This document shows positions 54,228-64,000 of a stretch of DNA of 64,000 nt, piece after piece; the stretch's first letter is position 1; each line of letters opens with the position of its first letter. The notes under the pieces are model-generated. The model was not told the DNA's origin. It saw only the letters and a program-made list of their open reading frames with translations, and did not search any database. A program made the translations under genes and the position numbers. This stretch comes from Octopus sinensis (lineage: Eukaryota): assembly GCF_006345805.1 (NCBI RefSeq), contig NC_043008.1:36952001-37016000 (forward strand). The letters are read 5' to 3'.

Positions 54228-54560
54228 TATAATCAAAATAAGCAACAAAGATATCCAGAGGTAATGCAGTACGATCATATCATGCGACTCCATTTAATTG
54301 AACAATGCAATCATTGCATCAATTTAAAATGTAGAGCAATCTTCAGCTGCATTGCTCTACATTTTAAATTGATGTAATGTTTGCTTTGTTCAATTAAATG
54401 GAGTCGCATGAAACGATCGTAGTGCATTACCTCTGAATATTCTTGTTGCTTATTTTGATTATAATCACCTTATTTTAAATTATATGGATTATACCATACT
54501 AAATTGTGGTGCCTCAACTTAAGTACCATATTCATCTGAATCTAAATTTTACTGAACTTA
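54228..54560. mobile_element. Fold-back element with hammerhead spanning the hairpin centre
   Basis: Arms ~54228-54340/54351-54463; minus strand AAUGCAG CUGAAGA...GAUAU GAUC GUA CUGCAUU; plus arm has GAAAC GATC GTA. Confidence 0.75.
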
Positions 54561-54590
54561 TATATGCACATACATACATATATATGTATG

Positions 54591-54631
<41 letters not shown>

Positions 54632-55134
54632 GTATATATAAATATATATATATATATATACACACACATACACACACAGAGACTCACGCAAACATACACA
54701 TACAAACAGTACAAATACACATGCACACACCTATACAATATCTCCGAAGAACAGTGGTTGTTTGAAATGACTTGTGGACTTACACAGCTTGATCACTTCG
54801 GTTGCTAAGTTTACAGAAACTTTTTGCAGATTCGTATTTCCTGCTGTATGCTAGAACGGTTTGCACTGGAGGATGGCAAACTGCCATGGAACACTTGTTT
54901 TTATTGAATGGGCTTGCAGGTAGATCTGATGTACAGATAGAGGTGGTAGTCAGCTTGGGAAAAATCAAAATATGGTCAATCATAATTGTGTTATATCTAG
55001 GTTTTAATATGTATGTGTCTATGTGGTTGTGTTGCTGTGTGTGTGTGGGGCGGGGTATGTACATATTTGTGGATATGTATGAATATTGCATGTGTATGTA
55101 CTTACACACATGTATGTATATATATGTATGTATT

Positions 55135-55182
<48 letters not shown>

Positions 55183-55910
55183 TAACACACACATTATATT
55201 TTTGCATGTATAAATAAGAATACAAGCCTGTATGTATGTGTAAAAAATATATTTATACATATATGCATACATAAATACATACATACATACATACATACAT
55301 ACATACATACATACATACATACATACATAAACACACACATATATTTATATATGTTCCATATATAACTTACTGTGGGATATTCTGTTCATCACATCAAATA
55401 TCAAATGGTGATCACAATAATTTTTGCACTTTTGCACTTCATGACACTGTCACTCCCTACACCCTATATATGTGTGTGTGTGGGTGAGTGTGTATATATG
55501 TGTGTGTGTATATATATATATAAATATATACATATATATATACATATATACATATATATATACATATATACATCTATATGTGTGTGTGTGTGTGTATATA
55601 TATACTCTCAGGGAATATTTTTCCAAAACTTTAACTCACATCAAAGCAACATTTTTCATTTTCCGCATCTCACTGTTTCCCTGTGAAGTTACAACACCAA
55701 GCCAGAAGGAGCAGACAGCAACTTTTAAGTGCACAGCACATTTTTCCCTTTCATCTGCTCTCTGAGTGTGATTTGCTCTTCACTTTCTGCTCCAGCATTC
55801 ATTTCTCACGACTGTGCTATGTTTGTATTGAGGGATCCTCTGCTTCTTTTCAGAATACCATTTATCAAGAAACAAGTATCCTGGTTTTAGAACAGGTGTA
55901 TAATATATTT

Positions 55911-56415
55911 GTGGAGGTGCATGGCTTAGTGGTTAGGGTGTCAGTATCATGATCGTAAGATTGTGGTTTCGATTCCTGGACTGAGCGACGCGTTGTGTTC
56001 TTGAGCATAACACTTCATTTCACGTTGCTCCAGTCCACTCAGCTGGCAAAAATGAGTAACACTGCAATGGACTGGTGTCCTGTCCAGCTGGGGAACACCT
56101 ATGCCATTGAAACCAGGAAACCGGTTCCATGAGCCTGGCTAGGCTTTAAAAGGGCACGTTTATTTGTGGAGGTGCGTGGCTTAGTGGTTAGGGTGTCAGT
56201 ATCATGATCATAAGATTGTGGTTTCGATTCCTGGACTGGGCGACGTGTTGTGTTCTTGAGCAAAACACTTCATTTCACATTGCTCCAGTCCACTCAGCTG
56301 GCAATAAGGAGTAACGCTGCGATGGACTGGTGTCCCATCCAGCTGGGGAACACATATGCCATTGAAACCGGGAAACTGCACCCATGAGCCTGGCTAGGCT
56401 TTAAAAGAGGGCGCA
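55911..56415 (+). mobile_element. Head-to-tail dimer of tRNA-derived SINE family E
   Basis: Two ~255 bp units, each with TGGCTTAGTGG (A box) and GGTTTCGATTCC (B box). Confidence 0.9.
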
Positions 56416-57309
56416 TAATATATTTGCGTGTTAATAAGAGGTCTCCGAGAGTTGGCACTAAAACACTGTCAGAAAAATTATTCAACTTATGTCAGCTTGA
56501 AGAATGGATGCGAAATGACAGTGATAATGATAGTGATGGTGGCAGTGGTGTTGTTGGTAGTAATTCTCCTCTCGCTTCATTTTCTTCTTATCAACACTTT
56601 ACCAATGATATATACCAATGACATATACCAATGACATACCCCAATATCATACCCTAATATCATTTAGCTTCATATGACTTTCTCTATTTTAAACTCCTCC
56701 AAGAACTATACTAAAAGCAGTCAGAGTTTTGCAGTAGCACTCTACTTTCCAACTTTCACAACAACCTTTAAAAAGAATCCTAACCACATTTGTTAGAAAG
56801 TGTTAACCTACTTTACCATTTCCTTCATTTTTTATTAATGGAATTGCATCCACTTGGAGTGGCCTAAGAACCTTGATGAAATTAATAGCTAAGATGGGTT
56901 TTAATACAAACAGTATTAAATAGATTATATTTGCCAACAACAATTTGAGGGAAAAGCAAAAAAATGTTTGTGAGTGCCCCTGAGGGTGATTGACCCTCAC
57001 ACCTTTCCCTTCCTTACCTGTCAAACCGACTAATGGTTTCATGTTTTCTTGGAAAGCAAGAAATACATGGATTTGTCATTGTTTCTCAGAATTGCATTTT
57101 TGTTTACAATATCTGGTGTAAATATTTGCTTTCATGGATGCAAGTATAAACACACATTTAGAAACAGATATATCATAATAATAATGATAACTATATTATA
57201 TAAATACATGTATGTATGTGTATATATATATATGTGTGTGTGTATATATATATATTTCTATTTATATGCACACACATGTAAATACATACATACATATATA
57301 TATATATAT

Positions 57310-57525
57310 ATTCAAAATGTGACCATGTGTGTACCATTGGCAATTTTTTTTCCTCTGTCTTCCCTTCTCTGGATCTTTCCTTCTCCTATGTTTCCGACGA
57401 AGAGCTTCGCTTGAAACTTTGAACCCTCCTTCATTCCTTCTTTCGTGAGCGTCCAATAATACTATATTTGTTCCACGTCTTCGCGTTGTTGTGTTTTTTT
57501 GTGCTTTCATGTTTGGTTTAACTTA
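57310..57525 (+). mobile_element. TA-flanked pLTR-like insert with degenerate minimal hammerhead
   Basis: CCGACGA AGAGC TTC GCTT GAAAC at ~57394-57417. Confidence 0.5.
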
Positions 57526-57561
57526 TATTTATATATATATATATATTATATATATATATAT

Positions 57562-57613
<52 letters not shown>

Positions 57614-58103
57614 ATATCAATATATAGATAGATAGATAGATAGATATATACACACACACAAATATGTGTATATATATGTATATATATCCATATATACATA
57701 CATATATTTATTTATGTTATACATGCACATATATATATATGCATGTCTGTTTGTAAGTATGTTTATATTTCATCTTCCACCCACCTGTCTTCAAGCTCCA
57801 CTTAACATGAGCAGTGGCTGTTAACACACAGATTGGTCAACTGAGAGGCGGAAGCCAAAGATGGATAGCTAGATTTTTAAAAAAAGCATTAATAAAGAAG
57901 GTAAAGAAGGTTTGCTTATGGAGTTGCAGTCTTGCCTTGATATGTTTATGTATTTACATATGCAGTCAATAATCAGGACTGATTTTCCAAGTTTCATGCT
58001 AAATAGAACATTCTTCAGGCATATATATATTCCATCACATGCCAGGGGGAGAAACTAGAAGTAGTTGATAGCTTCCATTACCTATCTGTATATATACATA
58101 CAT

Positions 58104-58175
<72 letters not shown>

Positions 58176-58178
<3 letters not shown>

Positions 58179-58346
58179 GGAGAGGAAAAAATAATATGGT
58201 AGAATGCTAAATTGAAAGTAAATTGTAATAAAAATGGGTGTATGAAAAATTAAAAATTATTCTAATTTTTAATTTTTCATATACCCATTTTTATTACAAT
58301 TTACTTTCAATTTAGCATTCTGCTTTATTATTTTTTCGTCTCCTAT
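58176..58346. repeat. ~83 bp-arm AT-rich palindrome next to (TA)n
   Basis: Arms ~58176-58258/58263-58346. Confidence 0.85.
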
Positions 58347-58440
58347 CATTTCTCCAAGTGCGGTTATCAGAACACCACCATTTACTGATTTGTGTGTATG
58401 TGTGTGTGTGTGTACGTGTGTGTGTGTGTGTGTGTATATA

Positions 58441-58830
58441 TATATGAGAAAAATAAGTCAAGGCAGAAAATGCTAAAATAATTTTATCAACCCACAAGAG
58501 TGAAAAAGAGAGATAGAGACAGGCAGAAACAAGGAAATAAGGAAAATGCCCCTTGTATTTGAATACTATGTAAATATTCTTTCGAAAAACTTTCCATTTA
58601 ATTTTTCCAAAATTTAATTGTTTTCCATACTTAGAGTTGAAAAAGTCTCAATGACTGAAACCGATACTAAAATGTTTTTTATGATAAAAATTATTTTAGC
58701 ATTCTCTACCTTGATTTATTTTCCTTATGCATATCAACTTTTGTGTTCTTTTTCAACCATCTACCTATATATATATATTTCCGTAAACCTGCCTTCGTCT
58801 TTTGTCTATTTTCATAAAGCTTCCCGTTAT
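58441..58830 (+). mobile_element. Fold-back element with degenerate hammerhead
   Basis: Inverted arms ~58441-58489/58682-58730; TTAGAG TTGAAAA AGTC TCAAT GACT GAAAC CGATA CTAA at 58631-58670. Confidence 0.55.
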
Positions 58831-58847
58831 ATATATATATATATATA

Positions 58848-59018
58848 CGTAAAAAAGCACTCACTACACTCACAGAGTGGTTGGCATTAGGAAGGGTATC
58901 CAGTCGTAGAAACACTGCCAGATCAGACTGGAGCCTGGAGCAGCCTTCTGGCTTCCCAGACCCTGGTCGAATCATCCAACCCATGCTTGCATGGAAAATG
59001 GGCGTTAAACGATGATGA
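58848..59018 (+). mobile_element. SINE family B 3' part
   Basis: Tail-to-tail with 59028-59270. Confidence 0.85.
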
Positions 59019-59027
59019 TATATATAT

Positions 59028-59930
59028 ATCATCATCATCATCATCATCGTTTAACGTCCGTTTTCCGCGCTAGCACGGGTTGGACGGTTTCGACCGGGGT
59101 CTGGGGAGCTAGGGACTGCCCCAGGCTCCAGTCTAGTCTGGCAGAGTTTCTACAGCTGGATGCCCTTCCTAACGCCAACCACTCCGCGAGTGTAGTGGGT
59201 GTTTTTTACGTGCCACCTGCACAGGTGCCAGAGGGGTCTGGCATCGGCCACGTTCGGATGGTGCTTTTTTTATGTGGGGAGGGTGCAGAAATATAGGGGA
59301 GCACCAGTGGGGAGGGGTGGTTCAGAGAAATGATGACAGGTTCTAGGCAAGTAGAACGTAGGATATCAAGAGAGGGGTAATGCATGGTGAAATAGCGTAT
59401 TGAAGAGGGGGGTTCGAAGAGTAGACACCTATTATGGTGGTGGGAGAAGCGACATCCGGTATGGATGGAGCAAAAATATAGAGATATCCGGTATTGGTGG
59501 TGGTGGTGGGGGTGGGCAGGGCGGGTGCACCGCGAATACACGATGGTTGATGAATACACAAGAGGCGAGATGGGTAATGGATAAATTAGTTAAAATAATT
59601 AGATAGATATAGAAATTAGTTAAAAATAGTTAGATAGATAAGAAAGCATGTATGATTGATGGGGAAGTGAAAATAAATAAATAAGCATTCAACTTATCTG
59701 CTAGATGAATGAATGAATGAAAGAGCAGAAGTTTGGGGCTGCGTTTTTTTTAAGTAAAGATTGTCCGGAGGAAGAAGGTGCGAATACACGATGGTTGATG
59801 AATACACGAGAGGCGAGATGGGTAATGGATAAATTAGTTAAAATAATTAGATAGATATAGAAATTAGTTAAAAATAGTTAGATAGATAAGAAAGCATGTA
59901 TGATTGATGGGGAAGTGAAAATAAATAAGT
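59028..59930 (-). mobile_element. Composite repeat homologous to 6075-6815, with ~150 bp direct duplication
   Basis: Homology over 59028-59530; direct repeat ~59532-59680/59780-59928. Confidence 0.85.
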
Positions 59931-60890
59931 AATATATATATATGTATATAAGAAATTATGTATATATATATTATATATATTATATTATAATATATATATT
60001 ATATATACACACACACACACATATAATATATAATACACAAAAGCACACACATATAATATATAATACACACAAGCACACACATATATTCATGTAAAAGTTT
60101 TCTCTTGAATGGCAGTTGAATTTTGGTGCTCATTTCTATGGAAACGTTTTGTCAATATCCAGCTGGATATATTCATGATAAGATGTCAATAGATGAGTAT
60201 GTTAAGCAATAAGGCTTATATATACACATGCCCATACTTGTACACATGCATAGGTATCCCTGTACACACACACACATACATGTACACACACGTGCATGCA
60301 CTCTCACCTGCACACATATATTTTAATAACAGTTTAACTCAGCTGCATATAACTTAAAGATTTGAGTGTGTAGTATGGATCCATCTCATTCAGAAGAATT
60401 TATCTAACTGCTACCAAATACATTGAGTGCCACTTTCTTTTGTTTGTCCACCATTATAATTATACTCATCCAAGTGCACAGGTATGCATTGAGTGTATAG
60501 TAATATAATCGATATAGGTTATTTAGCATTGTGATATAGGAAGAAGATAGCAAATTGTAGAGTAAGCATATCAATCAGAACACAGGTTGATGTTTGGTGA
60601 CATTGAATGTAGAATAGTGAAATGTAAAAATTCAGAACCCCATATAGTCATTGCCTAGACCAACAAAAGGCCATTATACAATAGCTGGGTTTCATCAATC
60701 AAATGAGGTCATTCAGCTTGAATTCATTGAAGTGTCTACATTTAGTAAAAATATTTTGATGAAGGCATCAGACTTGTGCATACCTCTTTGTGCTACCTTT
60801 CTGCTTCTCTTGTAAAACCTTGTTAATCTGTAATACTTTTTTACAATATTATTTGTTATATAATGCAATTATGTCTATCTCTTAGCTTTT

Positions 60891-61127
60891 ATACCTATTT
60901 CTTTACTACCCACAAGGGGCTAAACACAGAGAGGACAAACAAGGACAGACAAACGGATTAAGTCGATTATATCGACCCCAGTGCATAACTGGTACTTATT
61001 TAATCGACCCCGGAAGGATGAAAGGTAAAGTCGACCTCGGCGGAATTTGAACTCAGAACGTAACAGCAGACGAAATACTGCTAGGCATTTCGCCCAGCGT
61101 GCTAACGTTTCTGCCAGCTCGCCGCCT
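60891..61127 (-). mobile_element. SINE family C, full length with target-site duplication
   Basis: CTATCTCTTAGCTTTTATACC at 60875-60895 and 61126-61146. Confidence 0.92.
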
Positions 61128-61399
61128 ATCTCTTAGCTTTTATACCATCTTAATTTACCACAGCATCTGCCATTCTAGCCATCTACCTGTTTGTGTGTCT
61201 CTGCCTGAATATCTGTCCACCTATCTACATGTTTATCTGTCTGTCTGTTTGTCTGTCTAATTTGACTATTTATTATTCAAGTGGTCAGTATAGCAGTCCA
61301 TGTGATGTTCAACATTTGTGTAATGATCCTAGGCATCTTGTAACCCTGTTTATGTATCAGTTAGGGCTACATATATTACATGCTGTGTAAAGAATGGAC

Positions 61400-62178
61400 T
61401 TCCTCAGAAGCATCACTACACACTGTATCTTGCACTGTTGATCGTACACCCCTTTTCCAGGTAGTCTTCCAGTATAGGCCCTTTTGAGTCTCAAAAGAAG
61501 GGTTAGTATCACCTTTTCCATGGAAGACTGAGTCTTGAATTTCTTCGTCACTGGCAAGCCAGAATGTTTCCACTCCATACTCTGTCTCATAATGATGGAT
61601 TCATGTTTCATCTCCTGTGACAATTCTGCTCAAAAATTCCTCACCTTCATTGTTATAGCAATCAAGTAAACGGCAGACCTCAAGACATTTGCACTTGTGC
61701 TCTGCAGTAAGCTCTCTTGACACCCATCTTGCACAGACTTTATGGAAACTGAGCTCATCGTGAATTATTTGATAGGTAGAGCAATGACTAATCTGCTGTG
61801 AACAAGCTACCTCATCGATGATAACTTGCCGGTTCACCATTACCATCTCTCGAGCTTACTGAATCTTCTCATCATTTGTGGAGGTTGATGGGTGTCCCTG
61901 TATTGTGCTAAAAGCCACTGATGAATTTCAGCACCTGACATACCTTCCAACCAGAGAAATTGGAACCACTGCTCTTTGTTCTTCTTTGGTGCACATTGCT
62001 AGTGGAGGGGCCATACTTACACTGTGAAGCCAGAAAGAAAAATGGCATGATCAGGCTCAAATTTTGATCATCTGACCACAATAGTACCAACTATAAGCCC
62101 ACCTGTGCTGAAGACAGTGTGACAATGATAAAGATATGTTATGGTGAAAGTGTGGATAATTTTTGACTTGCCCTCATA
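61400..62178 (-). pseudogene. Mariner transposon remnant (left TIR plus decayed transposase)
   Basis: TA|TGAGGGCAAGTCAAAAATTA end; KVCARWVSRELT (WVPREL), IVTGDET, QSMEWKH, KKFKTQ; truncated before the second catalytic Asp. Confidence 0.9.
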
Positions 62179-62195
62179 TATGTGTGTATATATAT

Positions 62196-62285
<90 letters not shown>

Positions 62286-62291
<6 letters not shown>

Positions 62292-62816
62292 AAATAGAGA
62301 TAAATGAATTAATAATTATATTTAATTACAAAAAACAGACATAATCCCTGACAGCTGTTTTGATTCAGACTTTAAAAATTTAATCAATATAATTAAATCA
62401 TAAAATTGAATCTCGTCAGAAATATAAAAAGATATACTATTGCATTTTTATGTTTTTATGTGTTAAGTGTACAGAGCATTTCAGCTAACTGAGTATTGTT
62501 TTATAGAAAAATTTGGTATAGGCCTTATAAAGTGGGGAAAGAAAGTATAATGATTTAATTATTTTTTATTAAATTTTTAAAGTCTGAATCGAAACAGCTG
62601 TCAGGGAGTATGACTATTTTTGTAATTAATAAATATAATTATTGAATTATTTATCTCTACTTTCTTATTTTTCTTAAATAAATATAAACCACAGATTATT
62701 TAATTACCTATTTTTGAGTATTAAAACTTACATTCAAAACAAATAATAGGTAATAAACCAGTAAATTCATTGGATATTATTATCCCTTAATAAGACTTAT
62801 TTAACTTCTAATTGGA

Positions 62817-62820
<4 letters not shown>
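62286..62820. mobile_element. Fold-back element with hammerhead
   Basis: Arms ~62286-62402/62550-62667; minus strand CUGACGA GAUUCA...UGAAUC AAAAC AGCU GUC (62419-62350); plus arm has GAATC GAAAC AGCT GTC. Confidence 0.75.
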
Positions 62821-62853
<33 letters not shown>

Positions 62854-63029
62854 TAAAGGGAAACCACTATGTGGACACCCTTATGCTAGAAATAGATCCG
62901 CTATGGTCTTACCACTAAGAAATGTTCTCAACAAAATTTTAGCAAAACAACCAAAACATAATCGAGCAAGACAAAAGAAAAAGCAATAAAAATATGGATT
63001 ATTTTTGCTAAATTTTGCTATATATATAT

Positions 63030-63184
63030 ACGACGGGCTTCTTTCAGCTTCCGTCTACCAAATCCACTCACAAGGCTTTGGTCAGCCTGATGCTATAGTA
63101 GAAAACACTTACCCAAGGTGCCACTCAGTGGGACTGAACCCGGAACCATGTGGTTTGTAAGCTAGCTACTTACCACACAGCCAC
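63030..63184 (-). mobile_element. SINE family A 5' half
   Basis: Reverse head region. Confidence 0.85.
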
Positions 63185-64000
63185 AGTTATTGTTTAGCTC
63201 CTGGTCAGTCTTGACCAAACATGTGATCAGAAGTGTTTCAACTTTGATCAGCCTACCTTTCTAGTGGTATTCCAAGGAATTCTTTAACTAATGTATATAT
63301 CACTTCTTTAAAACATTGGTGTGATGCATTTCAAGAGAGATTTGGTTGCTATTTATTTCATAACAGATTAAGTAATCCCTTAAATTGTCCCCTCTGCACA
63401 TGTTTACAAAGGTAAACCATTCCACTTTCGTTGCCTGCTTAATTACAAATGGATGGACACGGCGATTGAAATTTGCCTTGATTGGATGTTTTGCTAATTA
63501 ATACTCTAAAAATCCACCATCAATTTGATTTCACTAACACTGCTTGGGTTGAGACAAAAGTATGATAAATAGCATTTACTGAAGGTGATTTACTGTGAGA
63601 GTGAACTCAGAACCGTGTAGTTTCAAAGCAAACTGCTTAACCATGTGCTCATACCTGCACTCAGTCTTATATGATTTTATATCGGAAGACTTGTACTTTC
63701 AAAATTTGCTTGTGTCATATTCTTGGCAAAAGTATCTGCTAATTACAACTCCAGGCCTTCTTTAAACAGCAGTTTTTGTAGAGAGAATATAAATTAAGAT
63801 AGGCAAACTAAGAGATATACACTCCAGACACAGACAATAACTTTGCTTCAACGTTCCATAAGTTTTTAAAGACTTTCTTTCACTGATATTTCATTTATTT
63901 TGTGTTGCTTTTGTTTCCTTTTTCTATTATTTTCCTCCCACGCTTTTCATTAGTTTGTATTCAATGATATCAAATTAAATTGAACTGTAAAATAATATGT

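Noticed and set aside
60640-60760. Possible pogo/Tigger DDE remnant (IDETQLLY, minus strand)
   Set aside because: Single short motif surrounded by stops; insufficient support

Overview
AT-rich, microsatellite-saturated animal DNA. The SINE families and (TA)n/(CA)n/(TAA)n/(GATA)n density look like an Octopus genome (recognised from memory, not by search). No intact host gene is evident, and most listed ORFs are microsatellite artefacts. The window holds many SINE copies (five families) and decayed transposons: RTE LINEs with an embedded PHD-type finger, R4/Dong-like RLE retrotransposons in TAA repeats, a CR1/L2-group 3' end, a mariner, Helitron pieces and a tandemly amplified piggyBac-type MITE. 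The main hidden signal is about ten type I hammerhead ribozyme motifs in several unrelated sequence families. Most sit in short elements inserted in (TA)n tracts, often as long fold-back palindromes, consistent with Penelope-like pseudo-LTR or retrozyme remnants. Several have an unusually long helix II and a palindromic helix III. Also present: a hexapeptide repeat with codon-like variation, two unassigned candidate exons and a candidate enhancer. All coordinates and structures were read by eye and are approximate.
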